Shown: positions 37,101 through 52,100 of the stretch, piece after piece | Layout: every line of letters begins with the position of its first letter | Numbering within the stretch: the stretch's first letter is position 1 | NCBI RefSeq assembly: GCF_008831285.2 | Contig: NC_045138.2 | Coordinates: 42,222,001-42,286,000, forward strand | Length of the DNA: 64,000 nt | Direction of reading: 5' to 3' | Origin: Nymphaea colorata | Taxonomy: Eukaryota | Made by a program: the position numbers and the translations under genes | Notes under the pieces: generated by a model | What the model saw: the letters and a program-made list of their open reading frames with translations, nothing else | What the model was told of the DNA's origin: nothing | The model's database searches: none

Positions 37101-40100
37101 TGCTTCAGTTGTTTAATTTTACTTCTTCATGATCCTTATGATTCTCTTCTTCGGCATTTAACATTGCCAGTGGATTTGAAATGTTTAGAGTTCATCTAAA
37201 AGAACTGAAGGAACATAATCAAGGGTGTCCTTTGCAACTGTGTTCTAGTGTTTCTTTAGTAGCTTCTCTTACATTTCTCATCTGTTGTTCCCAACTTCCT
37301 TCTGGTGTATTTATCATGGTTGTTGAATTCTGATGCGTGTTTTTCATTTTTTTTGTTCCAGGCATGCATTTGCAACAATGTCTTTTATTGCCGAGACGTT
37401 CATATTTTTGTATGTGGGAATGGATGCTTTGGACATGGAGAAATGGAAAATGACAAAAACCAGGTCATGCATTCACTTACGAAGTCATGGAAATCATTAT
37501 TAAGTTATTCTTTCTGTCCATTTTGCAATATAAAGTACCATATGAAGGTCGATAATTAAATGTGTATAGTTGTTTGCTAGGCTGCTGATTCATCTCTTTA
37601 GTTTGTTATATAATAGTTTTGTTTTGTATGTTATATCTATGCACATGCACACACACACATATTTAGATGTATGTATGTATGTACTTATGTACATAGTTAT
37701 CAAGTATTCGCTAATATTACACACAGAAACTGCACATGCCTTTGATATATGAATGTACATTATTATAGATATTATTTATATATAATATTAGTGTTAATTA
37801 AATGCACTATGTCATACAATACATTTCATATGGGAAATGTTGTCAAAACCAGGCTGCCACTAAGTTGATTGGCAGTTGCTGGTTAATCACCACTCCAAGT
37901 TGAGTCTGATGTTGCGACGGTGCCATTAACAACTACGTCCACTCTAAGTTGGGTCCTGATGTTGTGGTGACACCATTAACAACTACATCTATTCATGAAT
38001 TATAGTGCAGCAGAGTGAATCATACATAGTACATAAATTTGCCTTCGTAATTGATGAAGTGCATGACCTATCATATGACATAGTATAACAATTGCCTGTA
38101 CAATTCATAGCTCGACCTGTCCTAAGCATATATGTGCCCAATTCTGCCATAATGGCACGTTAGTGAGTGCACATCATAGCTAACACGTAAATCATCACAC
38201 ATTCATACTCTGGTGGTCAAAACCAAAACATATATGCAACGCTGTGTTTATATAAAATGGTATGGCCTTGCATTTGAATATACAGGACAGTCTCACAACA
38301 AAAAATATGGGTAAATAATGATATAAATCGCGATGCCTAGAAATCTTTCTATCCTGGCAATATCACGATGGAGAAGCACCGGTTTTTGCCGATTGATTAC
38401 CTGAAAACAAACTTCAAACATGTCAGAAATAAACTCAGAGTTGGCCTATCCCAGGGCCTACAATGTATAATCCAAGCAAGAATAAGATGCGAATAACATG
38501 GTCCATACACAATGTAGTCCATATGTAGAATAAGTAATCACCGTACATGACATACTACAACAACTGCATGCATACCTACACACATGGTCCTTCGTACTGA
38601 AAGATTACAAATTCGTCACTGAGATATGCAATGCTACACACAAGACTGCTGTGCAGTTTATGGTCATCACACACAAACTGAGTCATCGGGGACAAAAAGA
38701 CATGGGGTACCCTCAGTCGTAACTCCAAACTAGGTTGAGCTAAACTATTGTTGCTACAACAACATCATTTCACCCTTTCCACAAGGATGGGTTTCTTGCT
38801 AACAACGTAGGTGAGGTGCACTTCAATAATGAGTCTGTTCTCGGGCACTAGACCCCTGCACCACTTAGCTAACCCTTTTTATAGTGAGCTTGTGCTAGGA
38901 TCATTTAACTGCTCGCATGCTATGGAAACAGTACGAATCGATTTCCTCCAACATCAAAGGGAAGTGGGAATCAACATGGTGCTTTCTGATGCATGTCTCA
39001 GGGGTAAGGACAACCTCCACCCATCAGGGGGATCAGTGCTTGCATGGGGTTGCGTCACATGTGCGTGCATACCCATAAGCAAAAGGGTCAGGCCTGTGGT
39101 CGCCAAGCTATGGCTGTCCATTGGTCACGGCCAATTCCGGTGTGGCAAATTGAAATCCATCCGGGTTCTTTAGTCTAATTCGTTGCGTCAATCATGGTGG
39201 GGTGCTCTATTACATGCCAAATTAGCTATAGAGGGTCTCTAGGAAAATCGCGGGTTTGGGGCTTTATAAAAACATTACCAAATCGAATCATATTTTTCAA
39301 ATCCTAGAGCATGAAAAATAGCCGCCAAGCTCAAACCAAGCTGTTTTTTCCCAAACCAAATGTGCTGATGCATAGAACACGAAAAATAGATGTCAACCTA
39401 GAATCTGGTGCGAAACCGTGTAGGCTATGATCAACTTTTCAATCATAAAAACCTTGGGGGTCGAGTTTGCCCAACCTTCTCCTTTTAACTTTCTTTTGTT
39501 TAAAGAAAGCCAAAATTATTGAGGATTTTTCACTTAAACTCACGGATAATTTAGCCTATCATTAAGGGTTAATCACCTGATTAATTAGGGTGGATGTTTG
39601 ATTAATTGAAGTTAAGCAATGATTAAGTGGTTCCTAACCCCATTTTGTGATGTTAATAATCTGATTAACATATTACTAATCCTTCTTTTGACTTAAATTG
39701 AATTCCTTACGAGTGCTTGGTGGCTTCACTTAAGTTGCTCATTAGTTTTCCAAAACTGTGTTTAGGTTTTCCAGAATTCCTAAAGAAGCTAGATTTCAAT
39801 TGAATGGTTCTTGTTTTTGCTTTATCGGATTTCAACTCAGTTAGTATTGTTAGAGAGCTGGCAATGAACTCTACCCAATCGTATTGATCTCATATGAAGA
39901 CTCCAAACCTATGCCACATAGGTTGCTTCTAAATAGCTGGTGCACCCATGTTGATGCTAGTGCTGGTTGCTAGTGCTAGTGCTTCTCCGACATAGCACAT
40001 CTAGATCAATCAGCCAAATCGGGTCACCATTTTAAATTTATCTCTAATACATAAAGTTTATATTCAATATAGATAAATAAGGCTATTAAACAGTGAAATA

Positions 40101-43100
40101 ACTATGTAGGAAATGATTTACACACACACATATATATATTTTCTAGCCGCATTGGCACCTAATTTTTGTTGAAAAATTTTCATATCTGCCCCAACATGGG
40201 CATTCCACACTCATGTGGCATAGCTCCAAACTGCTAGAAAGTAGCATACATAGACATACAAATCACAGAGATCATCTCAAAACAATGGAAGAAAGCTGCC
40301 TAGACATAGTTACAGTCCAGGATGTTGAACCTGAGTTGCTTGCATTTAGAACCTTGGTCTGATGTATATGAAAACCATCTTTGTAGACTATTAGCTATCC
40401 AAACAAACAACTCAATAGAAGTTAAAGAACCAACCTCTGCATGATAATTTTCTAATAGCTTCTTAGATTTGACAGAGGCAGTTACGTGTTCACATGAGCT
40501 GAGCTCAAGCCTAGGTAGGTCTGCTCAAGTTTGACAACTAAAACTTACTTAGCTTCAGTTAAAGTTTAACTTGGCCTGGCTTCCTCAAGCCGATGTCAAA
40601 CTAAGCTCGAGCTTGCTTGCCTAAGTTTAAGCTGAACTCAAATAATTGTGATACATGAAAGGCATGACAGCATAGGGAATAGAACCTGTACATGTTGCAC
40701 AAAAGAAAAGATGACCACTGCTTGGCCAATTCACCTTTGGTCACATAAGTGTTAGAAAGATGCATGTGTTATTTTTACAACTTATGCATGCATGCTTAAC
40801 CAAATTTAATTGAGTTGAATTCATGCAAATCACACGTAGTCAAGCTTGACTATATTCTTGAGCTCAGCTTGTTTATAAATAAAGGGACGTGCTTGTGGGT
40901 TGAGCTGAAGTTGCTTGACTCATTACCTAACCCTAAGGGTTGTTTCATGAGTAAGCCCATGGTAAAGGATTCCTTCCTCACCATTGGCACCTGGGGCTGG
41001 AAACCTGTATTTGAAATCAAATAGGCCCTTTATGACAGAAAGTATCCAAAAAATTGATCAGCTAATTTTTTTGATTTTTGGCTAAATGCCCAATAACTAA
41101 GTAGTCGAAAGCTTGAATGGTAAACTTTTCAAGAACAAGAATTCCAGGAAGAGGAAAAAATATTTTTTTTCATCTTGTTGGTTACTTCATCATGTAGACT
41201 CCAATGTTGCAAAAGGCATAATGTATATTAGTCGAGCCGACCTATATGTTGTATCACAGCATATTGTATGTATTGTACGCATATCATAAATTTATTTTTT
41301 ATTCATAAATGAAAAGGCAAATTCAGAAAAAATAGGTAAAATTCAGAAAAAATCATGAAAAACATGAAATAGTGTTTTGTATAACTCATCACACATGTAA
41401 TGAACATTCATGATCCATCCTGTATAACTCATCACACATGTAATGAACATTCATGATCCATCATTCATAAGTCATGATATGTTAACAACACCTTAAGAAA
41501 GTCACGTCCTTATAACATATATGAAAACTTATGGTAAACTTGATAACAATATTGTTACGGCCAGAGAGAGAGAGAAGCCAAGAATATTATCATTAACGTG
41601 ACTCTAATCTCAAAGTTAAAGAGATTAGGGCTGGTGGTACATCATTTACAATATTAGTCTAAGCAACATTAGATAATATTAGAAGACCTACACTCAAACT
41701 TTTTAATATTGTAGAAACACTCAGGTCGACCGTCTAGAGTATCTAATACTCCCCCTCAAGCTGGAGCATATATATCAATCATGCTCAGCTTGTTACAACT
41801 TCACAAAAATTGCCTATGGGGAGAGCCTTGGTAAAAATATCAGCAGTCTGATCTTATGAGGAGACATGAACAATGCTAATAACACCTTCTTGTACTAAGT
41901 TCCTAACACAGTGACAATGCACTTCGATGTGTTTTGTCCTCTCATGGAAGACAGTATTGTTTGCGATATACGTTGATGTCCTATCAGAGATATGTAAGAT
42001 TTTGAATCAAAATACTTTGATTCATCATCATGAATATGAACGCAAGGATTGATGGGAAGTGTGGCAGGTTTAGCCCCCAATAAACTTGTTTATGCAGAAG
42101 ATCAAGAACATATTTTCTTTGAGATACTACAACTTCTTTACTACTATGGGCCACCTCAATACCAAGAAAATAAAGGAGTTGTCCAAGGTCTTTTGTGACA
42201 AAGTGTTTCTATAAAAACTTCTTTGTCTGAGCTATCTCTTGATTACTTTCTCTGGTGAGTACAATCTCATCAACATATACAATAAATATCACTATATCAG
42301 ATGAACCTTGCTTGTTGAACAACGAGTGATCAAGTTGGGATCGTCGAAATTCATAGTTAGGTACAACCTCAGTTAGCTTATGGAATCATGCACAGAGATT
42401 CTGTTTAAGTCCATAAATAGCCTTTTTCAATTTGTATACCTTGGAACACTCCTCCTGTCGCTCAAAACCAGGTGGTTACTGCATACAGATGGTTTCAGAA
42501 AGATCTCCGTATAGAAAGACATTTTTCACATCCAGCTAAAAGAGAGGCCAGTCTCGCTGGACAACAAGAGATAATAATCAGTCGAATAGTGTCCAATCGA
42601 ACCATAGACGAAAAAGTCTCACAGAAGTCAACTCCATAAGTCTGTGTATATCCTTTAGCGACAAGACGTGCTTTGAACCGTTCAATTGAACCATCAGAAT
42701 GATATTTGATGGTGAACACACATTTGGAGCCAACCACATCACAGTGCATCGGTAGATCCACCAAGTCCTATGTCTCACAAGAAATAAGAGCACCTATTTA
42801 CTCCTGCATGGCTTGCCTCCATCGGGAATCTAACAAGGATTGATGGTGAGAAGATGGGATAAGGTGACTAAACATAGCTCGATCAAACTACACCAAACTT
42901 GTTCTCAAATAGTCAGTAAAGACCGAATTAGAAATCAGATGTAGTATGCACTATCGCTTGCCCTTGCGAATAGCAATAGGGAGATTATCTGCAATGTAGT
43001 CATCATTCATACTTGAGTCAGTGTTGTCAGTGGAGCTTACCTCTTGAGAAGATGCTGGTGGGCGGTTGGAAGAGAGACCGTGACAACGAGTGTAAACTAA

Positions 43101-46100
43101 TGAAGGATCAAGGAACCGTTCACGGGACATAGGTTGAGAAGGAGGAATATACTCAATTGACACTGGAGGAATAGGAAGAAAAACAGATACATACATCTCA
43201 GACGTAGGAGGATGCAGAGATGAAACATAAGGACGAGACTCAAAGAATGTAACACCCGCATTGATAATCTCTTTCTTGGTATGAAGATCAAAGCACTTAT
43301 ATCCTTTTTGATTGGTAGAGTATCCAATGAATACACATTTGAAGGCTTGGGTAGCAAGTTTGTTTTTGTTTGGGCTTAGGATGTGTACAAAACAGGCATA
43401 TCCAAATACTATGAGAGATATATGAAATAATGGTCAATCTGGATATAAACAAATGGGAATACGTTATTGGATGGCTGACATGAGTAATCTGTTAATGAGA
43501 TAGCATGCTTTAAGAATATCATCACCCCAAAAGTAGGCAGACATGTGAGAATGCAACATGAGAGTGCAAGCCACATTTAGGAGTTGCCGATGTTTGCGTT
43601 CGGCAACACCATTTTGTTGGGACATTTGGGAACAAATATATTATGGTCAAATTCCATGATTGGTATAGAATTGAAGTAAAACAAAAGATTTGAATTCAAT
43701 CAGTGCGAATATTTTTGACAATGAAGCCAAACTGAGTTTTTATTTCGTTGACAAATTTTTGAAGAATACATATAACTTGAGATCTTTCCCGTAACAAGAA
43801 TACTCAACTGACTCTAGTAAAATCATCACTCAAAACAAGATAATACCAAAAACGTGAATGAAAAGAAGCCTGACTAGGGCCCCACACATCCACATGAATA
43901 AGATCAAATGGACTTTGACTAGATGGACTCTAAGTCGAAAGCAAACTGTTGTGTGTCATCACACAAGAAAGACTCTGATGCAGACATATCTAGAAACATG
44001 CGACGAGTTTGGACAGCCATGGATGACTTAGTCTGAGATGCCACTAGAAAGGAGAAGGCATCGAAGCAAATAAAGATGCAGCAACATCAACTAGGACAGA
44101 CAGAAAATAGAGGTCGTCACGTTCATAGCTTCTACCAATCATCTTTTCAATTACTAAGTCCTGAAAAAAACATGAACCAAGATAAAAAAATAACTTTTCA
44201 CTGTAAGTCACTAGCCAATTGCTTAACAGATAACAAATTAATAGGAAACCGAGGAGCATATAGCACATGTGAAATAGTGCCTAGATGTGGGAGATAGATA
44301 TCACCGCTGCGCAAAATAAGGGACAACTTGCCATCAGTCAGTCTAACGCGTTGTAGTGTAGAGAATCTGATTAATAATGAAAAAAATCATGGTTGATTAT
44401 CACAATGCTTAGATGTACCAAAATCTATCATCCACGTCATACCTGGGTCATCGGTAGGAGCACCAAGAGAGAATGCTGAGTCTATGACAGTAGTGGCAGA
44501 TGTAGAGGTGGATGTAGAAGCAAACCTCTGAGCAAGAACAAGATCATATTCATCCTTAAGTTAAGTGGATATGACGTGGATATAGGAGGATCAGTAGAAG
44601 ACTCAACCATAGATACTGCAGCCTTTGAAGAAGGACCTTTGCCTGCAGTGATTCTACCTCCACCATGCCCAGGTGGACCAACAGAACAAAGGTGTGAGGA
44701 TGCTTGTCCCAACAATGATCCTTTAAATGACTTAGTTTGCCACAAAAGGTGCATTGAAATCTGTCGTGTCCTGCACCACATCCCCTAGCTCCAATATAAG
44801 AACTATGGCCACATCTTCTTGATATTCCAAGCACAGAGACCGGTGTGTTATGCATAGGCTAAGAAAGAGTAACAACAAAGTGACTCAGCCTATTATATGT
44901 GTATGCTAAGTCTAGAAGGCCTGTGCGGATTTGAGCCTTTGCAACAAAGTACTCTGAAGATAATCCAAATAAAAACTTTGCTACCATAGCAGTTTCAAAG
45001 TGTGATGTATAGCAGTGCTAGCAAGGTGGATGAAGAGTCTTTAACCATTCATACGCAGTAGTCAATATAGGAAAGTATTGTGATAGGTCTTGATCACCTT
45101 GCCGTATGTTACATAACTCCTCTTCTACTTGCAAGTTTTTAATAACATTAGTAGCATGAGAATATGTCTTCCTCAAAAAAGACCATATATCTTTAGCCTT
45201 GGTATAGTATGCAACTGTTGGAGTTATACATGACTCTACGTTATTAATAATCTATGACATCACAATATTATTGTCTTCATCCCATGCAGTATATTTCCCT
45301 TTTGTTCTCGGTAGGTCCATTTTCTTCAAGGATATATTTTTTCCTATGACCAGCCACAGACATCATAAACACTCTAGACCATATCATCAAGTTTGATTGT
45401 AGTCCCATAGGAGGAGTTATCGGCCACCTTGTATTCATTTGAACCTTCAAACCTATTACCTTCAGTGGTAGTAGAAAAAAAAACCAACACACAATATATA
45501 TAGGATATAGTAGTCAATCAATACAAAGAAAATATCTCTACTATCCTTGAAGATCATACGAATATCACACACCAGGCAATAAGGAGAATCTGTAATCACA
45601 TAACTAACCAATTCTGCACAGTACAAACAAGAGAAAATAACAGATTACGATGATTTGAGTCGACTGCTGTGGATGACAGCTGGCTCAAGTACAAAAATTC
45701 AGACGACTGTTGTTGACTTCGGCTAATTATTGCAGACTGTTGCTGCTCTGCTTTCAATCGCCCCACATACGATCAACAGAGCACCATCCACATCAAGAAC
45801 AAGGTTGAAACAGTCTCCATGATCAGTAGATCAACTCTGCTCTACATGCCAAATTGCATCCATGAACAGTAACTCAAATCTGCTCCACACGATCCATGTG
45901 AAACTTAGATCACACCTTAAACACCATCCACAAATAGCAGATCAACTTTGCTCCACATGATCTGTTGTTCCGCAGGCCAAACAGCAGCCATGAGATCCAC
46001 TTAAGGATCTTATCATGCCTTCCACATAGGCATGATCTGGTCCTTCTCAACGCAGCATGCCCAACCTTTATTCTCTTACCACCTCCTTGTTGGTAGATAA

Positions 46101-49100
46101 GAAGGAATAGAGATGAGCGACGAGAAGAGGGAGTAGGAAGGAGGTCACCGGAGGAAGAAGTCGCCGGATAAGGGAGTCACCGGAGGACTTACATGGCTGT
46201 CGTCGTCAAAGATGGCTTTGATACCATGTTACAGCCAGAGAGAGAGAAGCCAAGAAGATTATCATTAACATGACCCTAATCTCAAAGTTAAAGAGATTAG
46301 GGCTGGCGGTACATCGTTTACAATATTAGTCCAAGCTACATTAGATAACATTAAAAGACCTACACTCAAACTTTCTAATATTGCAGAAACACTCTAGTCA
46401 ACTGTCTAGAGTATCTAACATAAATATATGTGAAACTTGAAATTGAGAGATTGTATATCTCTTTTTTTTAATGTGAATGGGCTTGTGGCAAGCAAATCTC
46501 CTTTTAAACAGTGATTTCTCCCTCAAATCGATGATTTATTTGATAAATTTTCTCTAAAACCAGCAAAAACTCTCCCTTCTAGACCTCTTCAAAGTGTTAG
46601 AATGAGGTATTTCTAAGGAAAAAAACTTGATCAAAAGGGGCATTGTGCCCCTTTTCTAAAAATTGCACCATATCATAAAATATGGATTATATCGGTTGTG
46701 TACTGGGTAGTTGTATCATACAATATGACTGATACACCTAAATGTATATCATAGGCGTATCATATCAGTTTTGCCAACATATAATATACGTGTACAATAT
46801 GCCTCTGTTTTGTATGATATGAATAACAGCGCCGCATGGTAGACCTTTGTTCAAAAGAATCTTGTTAAGCACTTGGGCAGAACACAAAATGGTGTCTTGG
46901 GAATGCATAGGACATTGTCTCCCATGTGTCCTTTTTCTCCATGAAATCTGGCACCAATATGTGTAACTAAAGATATGTATTCATGTAGGAAGGTAGAGAG
47001 AGAATGAGACAGGAGAGGCTAAGGAAAAGAGGCCATGACCATGATGGTCTACATGGCTCATATTTATAATACTCAATCAATTACAATTATTGAATCCTAA
47101 GAGACTCTTCAATCGCAGAATCCTAAGAGACTTCTTACATATCACAAGGACATAGAATACTGCAACACAGTTTACAATAATATGGAATACAAGGACATAG
47201 AATGACGTGAGACATTGTTCAACATGTTGGATTTTAGATCCAGATGAAAGATTCAAAAATCTTATTGTTTAATAGCCTTCCTCAAGTTGTGCATAGTTTT
47301 GAACCATGAATAGCTTGCTCTTCAAAAACCAGAACAGATACTTTGTCAATCCTTTAGTAAATGTGTTAGCAGCTTGTTCATTAGTTCCAACAAAGACTGG
47401 TTCTATCCCTTTATTCTCCACCTTTTGCCTGATAAAATGTTGGTCAATCTCAATGTGTTTTGTTCGGCCATGTTGTATAGGATTGAAAGTAATGTTGATT
47501 ATGCTTTTATTGTCACACATTAGTATTGAGTTTTTAATTTTTTCTGCTATATCTTCTAGAAAGTGTCAAATCCAAGTCACTTCTGCTGTCCTTGCAGCCA
47601 TACATCTGTATTCAGCCTCTGTACTTGATCTTGCAAATATATACCAAATTTTTGCCTATGAAGATGCAAAAACCAGAGATAGATCTTCTTTCATTTGGGT
47701 CTCCAGCCCAATCAGCATTGGTATACGTGATTAATTCATGACCAACAACTTCATTCTCACTTTTACAATAGACTAATCCATCTTCAACAATTCTCTTGAG
47801 ATACCTTAGTATTCATATGTGTGTCTTTACGTGCATGCATAAATTGACACTTGATTTACTACGTAGGTAATATCAGGTCTTGTAAATGTTAGATATTGCA
47901 AAGCACCAACCATAATTTGTACTCATTCAATGGTTCATAATCTAGGTGTTTTAGCAGGCTTACAATCTATCATGCATGTTATATCCAATAGGTCAAGAGT
48001 ATATTTCTGTTGTGCCAAGGTAAGACGATCCCCTTGCCTATCAAGTTCAACCCCAAGGAAATACCGCAGACTTCCAAGATCTTTCATCTTAAAGTTTCTC
48101 ATTAACATGCCCTTTATCTCATCAAAATGTTTCTCTAAGCTCCCTATAATGATGATGTCATCAACATATATGAGGAAGATGGTAGTAACATTTTCTTTGT
48201 TGAAAATAAAAAGGGAATGGTCAAGAAGACTGTTTCAAAGTCCGTATCCCTTAATCTTGTTTGAAAAACTGTCAAACCATGACCGTGATGCTTGCGTAAG
48301 TCCATAAAGGAATTTCTTCAGTTTGCAAACCCATTCGCTGAGTCTTTTTCAATAAAACCAGGAAGTATAATCAGGCAAGGGGTATAATCACGCGAATGGT
48401 TCCCATATTGATTACAGGACTAAACGCCTCATCATAATCATGCCCAAATTGCTGTGTAAATCCTTTTGCTACCAACCTTGATTTGTGTCTTTATATGATG
48501 CCGTTATATTTGTATTTGATTTTGTATTCTCACTTGGAGCCACTATGTTCTTTCCATGTGTCCTTGGAACGATCTTCCATGTTCCATATTCATGCAGGGC
48601 ATCCATTTCTTCTCTCATAGTCATTCTCCAATGACGTGATTTTGATGCTTGATCAAATGAAATAGTTTCTTCTTCCTTGCCAATTTTTGTCATGTATAAT
48701 TGAAATTCAAGTGATAAAGAATCATAGCTAACCCACCTACGAATAGAATGGCGAATGCGTTGGTATCTCTAAGATGGGGTATGTTGTCTTCTTGAGTGTG
48801 AATATTTCTGTTCCATAGTCATTGATTGTAAATAAGACCCAAATACCAATGTGGATTGCTGCTTTGCTCTTCATTATTACTTCTGTGATCAATTGATGAC
48901 TACATTGGGCCCTCTTGATTTTCACCCTGAGGCACATCAGATGTCTGTATTGGACTCTCTCAATCTTCACCATGAGGCACATCATTTTTTGAAATAAGTT
49001 CTTCATTGAATAATTGTGTACTAGTCCAGGGATCATATGATTCAATGGTCATAGGCATTTCATTAATACTATCTGTAGAAACAAAATATGCACGAGAGTA

Positions 49101-52100
49101 GAAGAAAGCACACAGATGTAACATGGAAAACCCTCAACACGAGGGAAGAAAAACCACGGGTGAGGAGGTCTGGTGCCCACTAGCCTCCAGACACTCTCTC
49201 TCTTCAAAACTTCATTAACTCTAAGATTAGGGTTTACAGAGATATAAGTAGTCCTAATTAGGACAAACCGGATCGGGTAAGGATCCGGACCCGGACAACA
49301 AAACCCGTCAACACTCCCCCTCAAGTTGGGCATACATATCAAACATGCCCAACTTGGATACATTTCTCTCAAATGGAGTTACACTTAAGGCCTTGGTTAG
49401 GATATCAGCAGTTTGATCTTCAGACTTCATGTATGGTAGCGTTAATTCCTTAGCATCAATTCTTTCTCTGATGAAGTGACGATCAATCTCCACATGCTTT
49501 GTTCGATCATGAAGAACCGGGTTGTTAGCCAAGTTAATTGCAGACTTATTATCACAATACATCCTCATAGGCCCTTCAATTTCTATTCCAATATCTGTCA
49601 GTAAGATCTTCAGCCATAACAATTCTGATACCCCAGTAGCCACAGCCCTATATTCAGCCTCTGCACTCAAGCGGGAACACACATCTTGTCTCTTGCTTCT
49701 CCAAACAACTAAATTTCCCCCCAAGTAGACGCAGTACCCTGAAGTAGATCTTCTGGTGTCAACACAGCCTGCCCAGTCTGCATTAGAATACCCTTCAACT
49801 TCAATATATCTTTGTTGCATATATAGAAGTCCCTTCCCGGGATTCTTCTTCAAGTAGAACAGAATTCTATTTACAGCCTTCAAGTGCATATCTGTAGGTT
49901 CATGCATGAACTGGCTCATCACATTTACAACAAATGTGATATCAGGTCTAGTCAGAGTGAGATAAATCAGTTTGCCAACTAGACGTTGATATCTCCCTTT
50001 AGCTTCTTCACCCAACAGTTCTCCATCTTTGCTACCAAGTTTATGCCCAGCATCTATAGGAGTAGAGGCTGGTCTGCACCCCAGTTTTTCTGTCTCCTTC
50101 AGTAGATCCAGGGTATACTTCCTTTGACTAAGTACAAGAGTTGTACCTGATCTAGCAATTTCAATACCAAGGAAATACTTCAGCTTACCAAGATCTTTTA
50201 GATCAAATTCAGTAGATAGTAAACCCTTTAATCTTGCTATCTCTTCCTTATCATCACCTGTAACAATCATATCATCAACATAAACCAATAGTAGAGTAAC
50301 TTTACTCTCTCTTTTCTTTACAAACAGGGTATGATCTCCATTTCCTTGTTTGTAGCCATGTTTCTTCATAACAAGTCTGAGCCGTTCAAACCATGCTCGG
50401 GGAGACTGTTTCAGCCCATACAAAGCTTTCTTCAATCTACAGCATTTTCTAGGTTTCTCAAAACCTGGTGGCATGCACATGTACACCTCCCCTTCGAGAT
50501 CTCCATTGAGAAAGGCATTTTTCACATTAAGTTGGCACATCTCCCAACCCTTCAGCACTGCCAATGAAATAATAACTCTAACAGTCTTCATCTTTGCAAC
50601 TGGAGCAAACGTCTCTAAGTAGTCGATCCCATACTTCTGACTGAACCCCTTGGCCACCAATCGTGCTTTGTACCTCTCAATGTTCCCATCTGGTTTGTAC
50701 TTAACAGTGTAGACCCACTTCGACCCAACCAAGTGGGCTGCTTCAGGAATATCAACCACCTCCCATGTCTGATTTCTGTCTAAAACTTCCATCTCTTCTT
50801 TCATTGCATGAGACGATTTAGTGTCACCCTGAGCCTCTGTAGCATTCTTGGGAATCACAACCACAGCCAAGGGGGATACAAAACATTTATAGTCAGTGCT
50901 CAATGTAGAGTAAGATACGAAGTTACCAATAGGGTGCTGGGTACATGACCTGACACCCTTTCTCAAGGCAATGGGAAGATCCTCCTTTTCTTTCCCAGTC
51001 TGAATTTCTCTTCCAACATCTTGCTTCTGAACACGACTTAGATCATCCAAGGAAGAAGTAGGATTGGGATTCGGTGTAACCTCCTCATCATTAATCACCT
51101 TGTCAGTACAAGCTCTTCTCCTGGAATACACCTGTCCAAACATACGATTACCCTCTTGTTCTGTCACCATAGGATGCTCTCCCTCCTTCTCCTGTTCATG
51201 TACATCAGTAGTCGTCCCCTCTTCATCTTTGCCAAGCTTGGCAACAGGATTCTCTTCATGCCTGTAATCCATAAAGTCTGTAAACTGAATTTCCTGTGTG
51301 GGAGAATACTTTTCACGCCTGTAATCCACAAAGTCTGTAACCTCCTCATCATTAATCACCTTGTCAGTACAAGCTCTTCTCCTGGAATACACCTGTCCAA
51401 ACATACGATTACCCTCTTGTTCTATCACCATAGGATGCTCTCCCTCCTTCTCCTGTTCATGTACATCAGTAGTCGTCCCCTCTTCATCTTTGCCAAGCTT
51501 GGCAACAGGATTCTCTTCACGCCTGTAATCCATAAAGTCTGTAAATTGAATTTCCTGTGTGGGAGAATACTCTTCCTTAGACATTAACTTCTTCCCCTGA
51601 AGAGAATTCTCACCAAAATAGGAGACATGTTCCAAGAATGTGACATCTTTGGTAATGTGAAGACGACCAGTGGTGGGATCTAGACATTTATAACCTTTTT
51701 GAGTGGAAGAATACCCAAGAAAGATGCCCTTAATAGATTTGGGATCAAGTTTTTTCACATTTGGGCTGTGGTTATGTATGAAACACACACATCCAAAGAC
51801 TCGAGGAGGAAGGTGAAAAGGTTGACTACTCCCTGGAAGCATAGAGTAGGGAGTACGACCCTTTAGCACATGACTAGGCATGCGATTAATCAAGTAGACA
51901 CTAGTAAGGATTGTATCTCCCCAATAGTATTTTGGGAGATTTCTTTGGAACAATATGGCTCGGGTGAGATTGAGCAACTGACGATTTTTCCTCTCAGCAA
52001 CCCCATTTTGAGGGGGGGTATAACTACAGGAAGTCTCATGAACAATCCCCCTCTTTCAAAAGAATTCTTCAATAGTGAGACACATATATTCACAAGCATT

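Larger units (their letters stand above)
41198..46832. mobile_element. Probable non-autonomous DNA-transposon (hAT-like) remnant split by the copia at 41553-46420
   Basis: Both flanks carry clustered GTATCAT/GATAC/TATATC subterminal-type motifs (41200-41290, 46670-46825), and the ends resemble CAATGTTG / AATAACAG. No convincing TSD. Confidence 0.35.
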
